A stretch of 58,558 nt of DNA, taken from the IMG/VR virus record IMGVR_UViG_3300036770_003861, positions 1 through 58,558 of that record. The stretch is one strand, 5' to 3'. Below are positions 10,401 through 18,794 of the stretch, one piece after another (position 1 is the first letter of the stretch; each line of letters starts with the position of its first letter). The notes under the pieces were generated by a model. It was given only the letters and a program-made list of their open reading frames with translations. It had not been told where the DNA came from and did no database searches. Origin of the DNA: a virus. Its lineage: Duplodnaviria > Caudoviricetes. The translations under genes and the position numbers were made by a program.

Positions 10401-11627
10401 CGAGCCGACGCCGCCCTTTGGGGATCCGCCGTACAGGCCCTTGCCGCCGTAGAACTCCAAGGGGGCTCCGATCGCGGCCAAGATGGCGCGCATCTCCTCG
10501 GGGGCGACAATCGCGCCGCCCGACGCGTACGCGCCGGGCCGGTCAACATACCCGCCCATGGACTGCAAGGGCGAGAGGCCGCCGCGGGCCATGCCGACGA
10601 CCTTGTTGCCGCCGACCTCGCTCACGAGGCCGGGAGCGCGCTCCTCGATCTCCTGAGCGGAGTAGGAGACGCGCTTGGGCGGCATGGGCTCGCCGGTCTC
10701 GCGCGCATTGCGCAGGTCGTCCGCGTCGTCGTAGGCGATGACGTTGAGGCCGGTGTTCAAATCCTTGCCCAGTTGGCGGATGTTGCGCTTGTTGTCCTCG
10801 TCCGAGAAGAAGGGGGCAGGCTGCGTTGTCGTTGTCGTCGAGCCCGACAACGCGCCCGTCCCCATGGCGATGTTCGCGAGGAACTGCGCCACTTGGAAGG
10901 GATACCCGCGCTCTTGCAGGAACTGGTTGTAGAGGGCCTGCAGGCCCGCCTGCTGCGTCTGCTGCTCCGCGGTGCCAGCGCCGAGCTGCGCCTGCGCGCC
11001 GGCAAGCGCCGCCTGCTGCGCGCTCGCACCGAGCCCGCCGAGCTGCTGGCCAGCCGCGAGCTGGCGCTGGAGATCCTGCGCCAAGACGCCCTGCTGCCCG
11101 GCGGCCGTCTGCACCGCCTGCTGGTAGCCCTGCTGGTACAGTGGCGCGATGGCCTGCACCGTCGCGAGGTTCTGCTGGCCCATAAGCTGGGCGCGCTGGA
11201 TGCCGGCGCGGTCGCCGCCGAAGGCCTTGGCCTTGATGGCCTCCGCCTGCTGCTGAGAGAGCTGCTGGCCCTGCTGTTGCTGGAGCCCGGCCAGCGTGGA
11301 GCCGACCACGGCCTGCGTGAACGGGCTCTGGTAGTAGCCAATCTGCCCCTGCGTGAGGGGGCCGACGCCCTGCGCCCCGCCGAGCGTCATGGCGGAGGCG
11401 GCGTTGAAATAGGGCTGCGCCATTCCGGCCGTCTGATTGACGTTCTGGATGCCGGAAATTTGTGTTGGAGTGAGGGGAGCGACGAAGGCGTTCGGGTTGT
11501 AGCTGTAGGCTTGGAACGGCTGATCAGCTACCTGCTCCGCTCGAGCGTTCACGGCGTTGTAGCGCGCCATGACCTCCGGGGGGATCGTGACCTTCTGTGT
11601 GGATGTTTGGGTCTTTCCGCCGCTCAT
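7410..11627 (-). CDS. Internal virion/ejection protein with two S74-like autoprocessing domains and a lytic transglycosylase (SLT) domain
   Basis: MSGGKTQTSTQ Gln-rich N-terminus; FFSDEDNK and IFSDERMK...GLMAQDVE...VDY; SLT motifs RESGFDP, GLGQI and AYNAG. Confidence 0.8.
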   Translation of the reverse strand: MSGGKTQTSTQKVTIPPEVMARYNAVNARAEQVADQPFQAYSYNPNAFVAPLTPTQISGIQNVNQTAGMAQPYFNAASAMTLGGAQGVGPLTQGQIGYYQSPFTQAVVGSTLAGLQQQQGQQLSQQQAEAIKAKAFGGDRAGIQRAQLMGQQNLATVQAIAPLYQQGYQQAVQTAAGQQGVLAQDLQRQLAAGQQLGGLGASAQQAALAGAQAQLGAGTAEQQTQQAGLQALYNQFLQERGYPFQVAQFLANIAMGTGALSGSTTTTTQPAPFFSDEDNKRNIRQLGKDLNTGLNVIAYDDADDLRNARETGEPMPPKRVSYSAQEIEERAPGLVSEVGGNKVVGMARGGLSPLQSMGGYVDRPGAYASGGAIVAPEEMRAILAAIGAPLEFYGGKGLYGGSPKGGVGSAGYVPASQMATPKLVTAGGLPRPAASGLSQAAETGSQIAELAKMGRSALVGSEGVGGKKGSTGLIGSEGSLNQKGWLSSGLGGGRPGPSRSEPPAPKGSDKIAEMMPQAEWDPNRLYGYRGGLMRAGYDLGGSLPYGTDDQGEDPLKEVVKEGSSQKYQLATPGKPPSPTPGLGSELLGAANLAKAGSNLYSMLPAGLTEGLGAAASGLGSSLAGAGSAAASGLAGAGSALAAGGAELLAFLPFIFSDERMKENAEPVGKLYDGQQIYRYNMKGSPKTQLGLMAQDVERDGHGDAVAGLGGLKMVDYKRATDVAAGLAGRNRAYRGGYQEGGLAEEDLPALGAIEVKRRDPSEFAETINSAAKQYGVDPRILRALIQRESGFDPEAVGTVGEIGLGQIKPSTARDPGYGVRPVAVEDLRKPEVNIPFAAEYLSKKARHLGHDPNSMEALMAYNAGSKAREYAQAVMNTAGLGGGRLPPRTPTTSPERSTAGVAGAQRFEGVRSPSRQGLSARPGVLSETPENAPIRQLFGPLFGGMSPETRQALTSENFWVPALAGIGSMLASRSPFLGSAIGEGLVGGTRAYTDLQKQQAEVESKKAGIENVGAQTIKTEQETLQSSLQSLPNGMAIVWTADGNPVPLGDYMDLKKNNRAPPLLGRVPRNAEQILFEKFPELKKTRLPEGAGSGTSSQLIEQPKTRKDTIVPPATDKIVPPATDTTVPPATDTTVPPATDTTVPPAQKQTPVMPSGIYFDEKSQETAREERNTILNGGPGAQTLQAASKDYVDKVTSAGTAARDTSRFLSALAENLSNAAQGKGLDVAGFGFNPRAEIINALNTFSRAFGGPEFGNAEGIKQINEKISALQAAAATKSVGQESYAALELMKNAIANPSMKPRVFAKLSGDLMAQNQRMIDRYNHFEAYTKASTVGAGKAQSDFSRLHNDAKYEKEAQAIANLVLTSPGLLKDFRSGKYTAEEIDEAFKKSKYKLEGMSRYFLGGR
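8191..8306. repeat. 24-bp tandem repeat (~5 copies) encoding (PPATDTTV)n
   Basis: GCAGGTGGAACGGTTGTGTCAGTA repeated, with the last copies degenerate. Confidence 0.9.
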
Positions 11628-11642
11628 CTCAGCTCCTCAGCA

Positions 11643-12134
11643 TCATTCTGCCGCCGCTCGCCACTCTCCGGTGCGAACGCCGTAGAGGAAGTAAGCTCCC
11701 GAAGGCTTTCCAAAAATTCGCTCGTACATGCGAATTTTGCCCTCTGTTCGATGGTTGGACAGGACGCCGATCGTCAGCGGAATGCCCAGTTCATCGGAAA
11801 CCTTTTTACCAAATTCACACAGTTTCCGGGCGCGGCCCCCCTTGGCGGCTCTGTAACTGGGGTGAATGAAAACAGCACGTTCCTCAAGTATTTCCTCATC
11901 ACTATACCAGATGTTTCCAATTCTCAAAAGAATAGCCCCCTGAGGTTTCTCCCCGGGCACTCCGACGAGGCCAATGATGCCGCGGTCTTTGTTTAGGGCC
12001 GGCCAGATTTCGGCCAGAAGCTTCATAGGGTTTGGCTCGACGAAGCCGTTCTCCTCGCACGCGGACATGGCCAATTCCATGATGTCGTCCACGTCCTCCG
12101 GGTTTCCGACCCAAACCTTCAGTTCTTCGCTCAT
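11643..12134 (-). CDS. GNAT-fold acetyltransferase-like virion assembly protein
   Basis: VFIHPSYRAAKGGRARKL acetyl-CoA-binding-like motif; position before the ejection genes is typical of podoviruses. Confidence 0.65.
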   Translation of the reverse strand: MSEELKVWVGNPEDVDDIMELAMSACEENGFVEPNPMKLLAEIWPALNKDRGIIGLVGVPGEKPQGAILLRIGNIWYSDEEILEERAVFIHPSYRAAKGGRARKLCEFGKKVSDELGIPLTIGVLSNHRTEGKIRMYERIFGKPSGAYFLYGVRTGEWRAAAE

Positions 12135-12151
12135 GTCTTTCCCCTTCTAGA

Positions 12152-12706
12152 TCAATCTTTCTTCGGCCCCGGCAGCTTCTTCAGCGTCTGGATGGTCTCG
12201 GCCCGGGTGCTCTTGATCCACTCGTCCAGCGCCCGGTGCCCAGCGTCCATGTCGCCGTTGCCCGCCCACATCACCTCATCCGGCGTCAACACATACTCGC
12301 CGCCCGCCGCCACGATCGCGACCGGCTCGCCCACTGCGCCGCCCTCAGCAAACGCGCCAGCCGGCGCATTGGCGAACATTGTTTTCACGGCCCGGAACCC
12401 AGCCATCGTGTTGCCCTCGCCAAGCGAGGATACGATGTCGGCCGGGATGACGTAGGCCCCTGACGGTACGTGCATCGGCAAGTGGTCCGTGCGGCCGGCG
12501 ACGGGGCTGTGGATGGGCCCGACGTGGACCTTGCTGGCGGCCTTGGGCGCTGCAGGCTTGGCGGGGCCGAGGCCCCCGGCCGCGCGCGTCTCGCGCGCCG
12601 TCCTCAGCGCGGCGGCGATGGCCTGCTTTTGGGGGTGGCCGGCGTGGACCATCTCGCTGATGTTGCGGGAGACGGTCTCTTTGCTTTTGCCGTGATGGAG
12701 AGGCAT
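12152..12706 (-). CDS. Virion-associated protein with two GG-motif/'G[AE]YV[IL]' repeats
   Basis: MPLHHGKSKETVSRNISEM N-terminus; RAAGG...GRTDHLP...GAYVIPADIV; FAEGGAV...GEYVLTPDEV. Confidence 0.7.
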   Translation of the reverse strand: MPLHHGKSKETVSRNISEMVHAGHPQKQAIAAALRTARETRAAGGLGPAKPAAPKAASKVHVGPIHSPVAGRTDHLPMHVPSGAYVIPADIVSSLGEGNTMAGFRAVKTMFANAPAGAFAEGGAVGEPVAIVAAGGEYVLTPDEVMWAGNGDMDAGHRALDEWIKSTRAETIQTLKKLPGPKKD

Positions 12707-12709
12707 GGC

Positions 12710-13063
12710 TTACCCCTGCGAGTAGGTTACATTGATCGACTGGCCAGTGCCCGGGACGATCAAGAGCCCGTCGGAGAACACGACATTCGCCTCGTAGACG
12801 CCGATGGTGTTTGGCGTCGCGACGAGAGCGTTCGCCGCCGTGTTGCCGGTCGGCGAGTTCGCGTTGTGGATTGTGCCCGAAGCGGACCCGGCCACGACGA
12901 CTGAGAAGCTGATCAAGCGCCCCCTGCCGGAGACGATGAGGGCGGAGGACGTGACAGTGGCCGACGTGGCCGTCGGGTTCAGAACGCTCAACGCCTGAAA
13001 GACGTTGTTGAGAGCGACAACGCCGTTCTTCTGCGTAGTGAGAATGTCGTCGAGAGACGCCAT
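12710..13063 (-). CDS. Structural protein, hypothetical
   Basis: ATG at 13063 (MASLDDILTTQKNG) coupled to the upstream stop. Confidence 0.65.
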   Translation of the reverse strand: MASLDDILTTQKNGVVALNNVFQALSVLNPTATSATVTSSALIVSGRGRLISFSVVVAGSASGTIHNANSPTGNTAANALVATPNTIGVYEANVVFSDGLLIVPGTGQSINVTYSQG

Positions 13064-15333
13064 CAGAACTTCCCGTCTTCTTGGTATCGGTAGCGCATGT
13101 TGCCGATGCGCCAGAACGAGCCGATGTCTTCGCTTTTCATCTTGATGGAGACGAGGCGGCCGCGGAAGCGCGGCGTGATGAACGTCGTCGCCTGCGTCAT
13201 TGTATAGGGACCATAGACGAGAGGCGTCTGGCCCGGGTAGTCGGTGACGTAGAATGTCAGCTTGACCTGAGCGTTCTGCGAGCCGCCATAGTAGCCCCAC
13301 TTCATGTCGGGCCAAATTTGATCGACGAACATTTTCACGTTCGCCTCGGTCAGGACAAAGTAACCAGTTTGGAAACTCGAGAGCATCGCCTGACCGTCTG
13401 CGTCGGGAGACGTCTCGTGCTGGTAGATAAATTGGTTGGGCGCAGCGCCGATCGGCGGCCCGAGCACGCTCTCATTGATCCACGCCGTGCGCGCCAGAGC
13501 GCCAAAGTCCCACTGGTCGAGGATGAAGTTGTACTTTACGTAGTGGCTGACTTCGCCGCCGTTGCTGCTGGTCGGGTAGAACCATGAGATCTCGCCAAAA
13601 CGCGAGTTCGGCGCGACGCGGATCTTGTCGAGATTGGTCGTGTCGAGGTCCTGAAAGATGACGTCCCAGACCGGGCAGCGTATCGGCTCGACGCCGCTGC
13701 CGGCCAGTCGGAAGAACTGGCTCTGGCCCATCCAGTAGACCACGCCATTCACCGAGGCCGCGGCCTTGCGGCCGATCAGGCCGCAGCCCGTGCCGATCTC
13801 GTTGAACTGGTAGACGTAGGGCGGCCCGACGTATTGCATGGCCCAGACGGCGATGTCCGTCCACAGGAGGGCCTGCTGGGGGCCCTGAATGCCTTGGACG
13901 ATCTTCGAGCCCTTGGGGATGCGGTACGAGCCCGCCTGATTGGTGACGAGGCCGATCCAAGAATTGTAGTTCGCCACGTCGCACCAGCGCACGAGCAGCG
14001 GATCCTTCACGCCATTGAACGTGCTGCCGTAGGCGATGATCTGGCGCTGCGGCATGGCGACGAAGCAGCCCTCGTTGACCTGCGGCGCTTCGGGAATAAT
14101 CGTCGCGGTCGGGCTGTTGGCCGACGGGTTCCACTCGTAAATTGGTCCATTCAATGGACTAGAAATGAAAGTCTCGCCCCAATTGTCGAGGGACCAGTCG
14201 GTGATGTTCGTTATGGGCGTCCCACTGCCAGACGTCGGCGGGACGCCGGATCCGTAGCCGCCCGAACCGTATCCGCCGACGCCGTAGCCGGAATTGGCGA
14301 TCAGGGGGCCGACGCCGTTGTAGTAGACGAACGAGGCGTTTCCGCCGTTCTCAGACGCCACGCTGACGAAGACAGTGCCGCCGGAGACAAACGCCCCCGT
14401 CTCGGCGCTGGCGAACGAGACGCTACCGGCGGAGGACGCAGTGACTGTGTGCGTGCCATTGTAGCCTGCAGGCGACACTCCCGCGACGACGATCGTGCTG
14501 CCCACTGGGATCACGTAATTGGTCGGGAGCGTCAGGGTCGCCGTGACGCCGGTGCCCGACGCGCCCGTGACCGCGGCCTCGGAAGCCGACGACGCCGCCT
14601 GAATGGTGAAAATGTCCGCGGGGGATCCGCTATCCAGCGAAACAACGAAATAATTTCCGGATAAAGTGACCGTGCCGGCGGTCGTCGACATAAGGATCGG
14701 GAACGTGTCTCCGACCTGAAGTCCGTGGTCGTCGAGGGCCACCTCAACGACTGAGGACCCGGACGTGAAAGTGAACTCGGGCACGGCCCCGCCGGCGCTC
14801 ACGTTTGCAGTGGCGTAGGCGAGGTTCCCCAGCGGGTCGCGGGCTTGGATGGAATATTGGTCGACTGTGATTGGCGTGACGCGATAAAGGCCGAAAAGGA
14901 CCAAGCCCCCGACGCTCACCTGCGTCTTAATGTCGACGACGTCGAAAGCGTCAAGCGCGCTGCCCGTGTCGTCAATGATGACTGTGGAGCTGCCGACAGT
15001 TGTCGTGAAGGAAACCGGGACCGAGGCCTCGACGGTCACCTCCGGGGTGATAATCCTCTGGCCCCCGTCGGCTATAACCGAGAGAGACTGGGTGGCCCCG
15101 ACGCCCAGCCACGAAGTGCTGTTGATGTCCTCCCACGCCCACAGGGCGCGAACGGTCGAGCCAATCTGGTTTGGGAAAAATTTTGTCCAACCCCCGAGCT
15201 TCTGGACGAGGCCAATCCCGTTCCGGTCCGGAATGAACCGGACGAGGCTCGTGCTTGAGATCGCGGCCTCGTTGAGCGCCAGAGTTTTGTTCTGGTCGAC
15301 GCCCGGGACGAGTTTCAGGGAGCTGTGGGGCAT
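13063..15333 (-). CDS. Tail tubular/nozzle protein (P22 gp10/T7 gp12-like position)
   Basis: 756 aa; beta-propeller-like WSLDNWGE, LLVRWCD, GCGLIG, VYWMG motifs; follows the adaptor gene. Confidence 0.7.
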   Translation of the reverse strand: MPHSSLKLVPGVDQNKTLALNEAAISSTSLVRFIPDRNGIGLVQKLGGWTKFFPNQIGSTVRALWAWEDINSTSWLGVGATQSLSVIADGGQRIITPEVTVEASVPVSFTTTVGSSTVIIDDTGSALDAFDVVDIKTQVSVGGLVLFGLYRVTPITVDQYSIQARDPLGNLAYATANVSAGGAVPEFTFTSGSSVVEVALDDHGLQVGDTFPILMSTTAGTVTLSGNYFVVSLDSGSPADIFTIQAASSASEAAVTGASGTGVTATLTLPTNYVIPVGSTIVVAGVSPAGYNGTHTVTASSAGSVSFASAETGAFVSGGTVFVSVASENGGNASFVYYNGVGPLIANSGYGVGGYGSGGYGSGVPPTSGSGTPITNITDWSLDNWGETFISSPLNGPIYEWNPSANSPTATIIPEAPQVNEGCFVAMPQRQIIAYGSTFNGVKDPLLVRWCDVANYNSWIGLVTNQAGSYRIPKGSKIVQGIQGPQQALLWTDIAVWAMQYVGPPYVYQFNEIGTGCGLIGRKAAASVNGVVYWMGQSQFFRLAGSGVEPIRCPVWDVIFQDLDTTNLDKIRVAPNSRFGEISWFYPTSSNGGEVSHYVKYNFILDQWDFGALARTAWINESVLGPPIGAAPNQFIYQHETSPDADGQAMLSSFQTGYFVLTEANVKMFVDQIWPDMKWGYYGGSQNAQVKLTFYVTDYPGQTPLVYGPYTMTQATTFITPRFRGRLVSIKMKSEDIGSFWRIGNMRYRYQEDGKF

Positions 15334-15336
15334 GCC

Positions 15337-16086
15337 TTACCCCCGCGACGGCGTTGCGGCGGGCGTCGGGCTCTGCGAGGCCCAACCAGAGGACTCAAAT
15401 TTCTTGCGAGCCTCTTCAATCAGCGCACCCTTCAGGAGGGCATTGTACTGGCTCTCGTAAGTGACAGCCATCTGCGGATCGTCGTTCGCTCGCCCGAAGT
15501 TGCGCTGGTACGCCGACACGTAGATCATGCTCGCCATGATGAGGAGGTCGGGCAGGAACTTGCTGATGAACGTAGAAGTGTTGGTGCCAGACAGGCTCGC
15601 AGGCCTATATGTCCCAACGATTTCAACGCCGTAGGCCTGATCTGGCACGGGGCCAAAGAGGAAGACGTTGTCGTTGAAGGGGGCGAAGTAGCGCGGCATT
15701 CCGCGGTTCGCGTTCAGGTTTGAGCCCCAGACAGCGTCGAGAAACTCTTTCGTCGCCGGCAGGCACGCGTTGCGCGTGACGGAGCCGTCGTTCGGATCTG
15801 TCTGCCCGGCCGGCGTGAGGATGTTCATCTGCTCCGAGACGACGATTGTGCCCTCGGGAATTGTAAGAGTGCGCAGCCCGGCGCTCAACGAGTAGCCCGT
15901 GACGGACGTCGAAGTGTTCAAAAAGTCGAGGTCGCGGTATATCCTGTTCTCTGCGTACACGATCATGGCCGGGAGAACGGTTAAAAAATTTGGATCAGTC
16001 GGCTCAACAACCGCCATCGTAGCAATCTGATCGATGTAGCTAATTGTCCCCGGAACAGATCCGTCATATGACAAGGCTGTGGTCAT
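15337..16086 (-). CDS. Head-tail adaptor protein
   Basis: AENRIYRDL...G.PRYFA...FGPVPDQAY...PDLLIMASM pattern. Confidence 0.7.
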   Translation of the reverse strand: MTTALSYDGSVPGTISYIDQIATMAVVEPTDPNFLTVLPAMIVYAENRIYRDLDFLNTSTSVTGYSLSAGLRTLTIPEGTIVVSEQMNILTPAGQTDPNDGSVTRNACLPATKEFLDAVWGSNLNANRGMPRYFAPFNDNVFLFGPVPDQAYGVEIVGTYRPASLSGTNTSTFISKFLPDLLIMASMIYVSAYQRNFGRANDDPQMAVTYESQYNALLKGALIEEARKKFESSGWASQSPTPAATPSRG

Positions 16087-16682
16087 ATAATCCTACCCCA
16101 CAGTAAATGGGTTTCTTCTTCTGGAATTTTGTTGAGTTTCTTTTGATTTTCTTCGGCAACAATGATTTGCAAATTCCACGGAACGTGAAGTCCGTTAAAT
16201 CCTCTTCCCTGAAGAGGATGAATATGGTCGACGTGATGGGGTATTCCTGTTTGAACAGACAGGGCAGCAGAAACATCATACATTTCTTGAATTTTCGCAA
16301 TTTCAATCGCGGAAAGCCAAGGAGGTGTAGCGTTTCTTTTTGAAGCGCGGCGGCGGGCGAAGTGACACGCGCGAAGCGTAGGGTTCCGGCGCGCCCAGTC
16401 GGCGCATCGCTCAATGTGGGCTTCTTTGTTCGCCTCGTAGTATTTTTTCGATTTTTCTTTAATCTTATCTCGATTTTTTTCAGCCCATTTAAGTTTAATC
16501 TCACGGTCTTTAGTTCGGTTTTTAGACCGCCATTTGGTCATCTTAAGTTTACTACACTCACGACAATAATATGCGCGACCGTCTTTTGCTGCCCTCAAAA
16601 CATTAAACTCAACCTCTTCTTTGGCTTTTAAGCACAAAGAACATGTCTTGAGTTTTGAATTCTTCGACAGACCTGTAGTCAT
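16083..16682 (-). CDS. HNH homing endonuclease
   Basis: CSLC/CREC Zn finger; ATPPWL; HVDHIHPL...GLHVPWNLQII..EEN; low GC. Confidence 0.9.
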   Translation of the reverse strand: MTTGLSKNSKLKTCSLCLKAKEEVEFNVLRAAKDGRAYYCRECSKLKMTKWRSKNRTKDREIKLKWAEKNRDKIKEKSKKYYEANKEAHIERCADWARRNPTLRACHFARRRASKRNATPPWLSAIEIAKIQEMYDVSAALSVQTGIPHHVDHIHPLQGRGFNGLHVPWNLQIIVAEENQKKLNKIPEEETHLLWGRII

Positions 16683-16716
16683 GGACAGCCTCGAAAATTT
16701 CGAACAGTTTACACCG

Positions 16717-16935
16717 TCAGGGAGCTTTGCACCATGCTCCCCGACGAATATTGTTCAGTTTGACTTCCTCAATGGTCTGCGGAGTGTCCTTCGCAGACCA
16801 TGAGATAGGACGCCACACGAGACAGCTAGTCTCGACGGTGCCCGTCGTTTTGGAGCAACTCGCCACGAGCAATCCGCTCGCGACCACGAGCGTCAGCCTC
16901 GATAACAGCGCGAAGCCGATCAAGTTCGTAGGCAT
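16717..16935 (-). CDS. o-spanin (Rz1-like) lipoprotein
   Basis: Lipobox LVASC; overlaps the i-spanin in another frame; C..W.PI.WS..DT pattern. Start codon uncertain. Confidence 0.7.
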   Translation of the reverse strand: MPTNLIGFALLSRLTLVVASGLLVASCSKTTGTVETSCLVWRPISWSAKDTPQTIEEVKLNNIRRGAWCKAP

Positions 16936-17047
16936 GTCGCTCCAGCTCCAGTTCGGTTTTGGCCTTACGGTCGACTGTCCACATGAGCCCCCAGAAGAGG
17001 CCCGCGATGGCGGCGACGAAGCCTCCGATTGCGATAAGCTCAGCCAT
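16826..17047 (-). CDS. i-spanin (Rz-like)
   Basis: N-terminal TM segment, charged helical remainder ending DGHRRD; follows the holin. Confidence 0.7.
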   Translation of the reverse strand: MAELIAIGGFVAAIAGLFWGLMWTVDRKAKTELELERHAYELDRLRAVIEADARGRERIARGELLQNDGHRRD

Positions 17048-17216
17048 TGGCGGGGAGCTTCTTCGCCGCGTAGATCGTCCAGCCGGTCGTGCCCAGCGTC
17101 AGCAAAGCGCCGGAGATCGCCGCCCAGTTCTCCTCGCCTACGTAGCTCGTGGCGATGACCGCGCCGATAACCTGCAAAGCCGTGCGGAAGAGGCGTTCAA
17201 AAAGGTCTTTGTCCAT
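17040..17216 (-). CDS. Putative holin (2 TM)
   Basis: AAGGAG RBS; MDKDLFERLFRTALQVIGAVIA...AISGALLTLGTTGWTIYAAKK. Confidence 0.7.
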   Translation of the reverse strand: MDKDLFERLFRTALQVIGAVIATSYVGEENWAAISGALLTLGTTGWTIYAAKKLPANG

Positions 17217-17227
17217 AGTCTTTCTCC

Positions 17228-17308
17228 TTACCAGTACTTCGGAAGATCGCGGAGGACGCCGCAGCCTGCAAGCGCCAGCGGAAGCAGTGAGATCAGAAAC
17301 AGTTTCAT
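17228..17308 (-). CDS. 26-aa lipoprotein (MKLFLISLLPLALAG/CGVLRDLPKYW)
   Basis: AGGAGG RBS; ATGA overlap with the endolysin stop; canonical LAGC lipobox. Not in the supplied ORF track. Confidence 0.7.
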   Translation of the reverse strand: MKLFLISLLPLALAGCGVLRDLPKYW

Positions 17309-17673
17309 GGGTACTTCCTCCTGTCCAGCTCAAAGTGCGGGCCGTCCTTGAAGCTGCGCCAATCGCCGCCCCAGACGATCGGCACGCCCAGATCAGCGGC
17401 CGCCTGCTTCATTTCCTTAGCGATGGCGTGATACAGGGGCCAATCCCAACGCACCTTGCCGTTGACGAGCGCGGCGACGTCGATCGCGTGCCCGGTGATG
17501 TGGCGGCTGTTGAGAGTGCGAGACGCGCCGGCGGCCTTGAGCTGCTTCTGGCGAGCAAGCGTGCGCAGCCCCTCAGTCACGATGAAGCTCGACTTCTTTG
17601 CCGCCCGCCGCACGACCTTCACGAGGTGCGGGTGAACGCCCTTGAGATTGCGTTCACTTCTTGCGTCCATCAT
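17305..17673 (-). CDS. Endolysin, peptidase M15 family (L-Ala-D-Glu peptidase-like)
   Basis: EGLRTLARQ...SRHITGHAID...WGGDW...DGPHFEL; start after AAGGAG. Confidence 0.92.
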   Translation of the reverse strand: MMDARSERNLKGVHPHLVKVVRRAAKKSSFIVTEGLRTLARQKQLKAAGASRTLNSRHITGHAIDVAALVNGKVRWDWPLYHAIAKEMKQAAADLGVPIVWGGDWRSFKDGPHFELDRRKYP

Positions 17674-17698
17674 CTGCTGCTCCTTCTCGTGAGAACCC

Positions 17699-18550
17699 TC
17701 AGACTTGTTTCCATTCCAGCCAAGAGCCCTCGCGAACAGTTGTCGCAAGGGCAGACGAAGCATTCTGCCGAAATTGGAGAGTGAAGTCAGGAGTGGTGTT
17801 TGAGCCATTCTTGATAAAAAAGTTGAAGTTGAACATCCACGTCTGGGCCGCTGTCACCGTGGCCTCGGCGACAAGGCTGCCGTAAGCGCCGGTCAGAGAC
17901 GTGAAGCCGGCCAAGTTCGACGTGTACGCCGTGCCGTTAATCTGGGTCGGAGACGCCGGCCCATCAAAGGAAAACTCAAAGCCGCCGCTGGAATGATTGA
18001 TGATCAGGCAGCCCCTGATGAGATAATTCTCGTTCGCGGCCATGGTGAACTGTAAGTCGGTTATGTCCACGTAGGTCGTGTTGTTCGAGGTGACGGACTG
18101 ATCGGCCGTCTTGTAGAGAAATTCCCACTGGACAGGCGGCGCGGCGCTCGCCCACGTCGTGCCGTTGGATGTCAGGACATTGCCCGACGCGCCCGGAGCA
18201 ACGAATTTCACGGGGTTCGTGCCGTCACCAAGAATGACGTTTTCGGCGGTGAGCGTGGACGCGCCAGTGCCCCCATTGGCGACGGCGACTGCGCCGGTCA
18301 GGGAGATGTCGGGCGTCGCGCCGCCAGAGGAGGCCAGCGGAGACGTGGCCGTGACATCAGTCACCGTGCCGCCGCTGCCCGTCGCGGATATTTGGATTGC
18401 GCCGGGCGTGTTCAAAATTGTGACGCCGGATCCGGCCGTCAGGGTAGTCATCTCAAAAGACGCGCCGTCGCCCACCAAGAGCTCGCCGTCGGCAGGTTTC
18501 CTGCCAAACTTCAGGCCGCCGCCCCAGATGGTGACTTTGTCGTCGGCCAT
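17699..18550 (-). CDS. Tail fibre-like protein
   Basis: [17 protein letters not shown] and [11 protein letters not shown] fibre repeats. Confidence 0.7.
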   Translation of the reverse strand: MADDKVTIWGGGLKFGRKPADGELLVGDGASFEMTTLTAGSGVTILNTPGAIQISATGSGGTVTDVTATSPLASSGGATPDISLTGAVAVANGGTGASTLTAENVILGDGTNPVKFVAPGASGNVLTSNGTTWASAAPPVQWEFLYKTADQSVTSNNTTYVDITDLQFTMAANENYLIRGCLIINHSSGGFEFSFDGPASPTQINGTAYTSNLAGFTSLTGAYGSLVAEATVTAAQTWMFNFNFFIKNGSNTTPDFTLQFRQNASSALATTVREGSWLEWKQV

Positions 18551-18783
18551 TACTTGTCGGCCTTGTTGTCGAGGCGGTCAAAAATCTTGCCAAGCATGTC
18601 CTTGATCTCCTTTATGCCGTCCGCGAACTCATCCTTCCGGACGTAATTTGTCGGCAGACTGATCTCAATTCTCTGCAGGTCGTCCCGCAGGCGCTTCACC
18701 GCGCCCCAGAGCTCTCTCGCGGCCCACCCAATGCCGGCGATTATGATGGCGAGAAGCCCATTGATGATCGTCTGCAAATCCAT
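18550..18783 (-). CDS. Small membrane-anchored protein (1 TM + coiled coil)
   Basis: [19 protein letters not shown] segment; YVRKDEF...[11 protein letters not shown]. Confidence 0.7.
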   Translation of the reverse strand: MDLQTIINGLLAIIIAGIGWAARELWGAVKRLRDDLQRIEISLPTNYVRKDEFADGIKEIKDMLGKIFDRLDNKADK

Positions 18784-18794
18784 TCCGGCATTCC

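Noticed and set aside
16083-16716. HNH as part of a group I intron
   Set aside because: No room for an intron core: the ORF overlaps the next gene and has only ~34 nt upstream.
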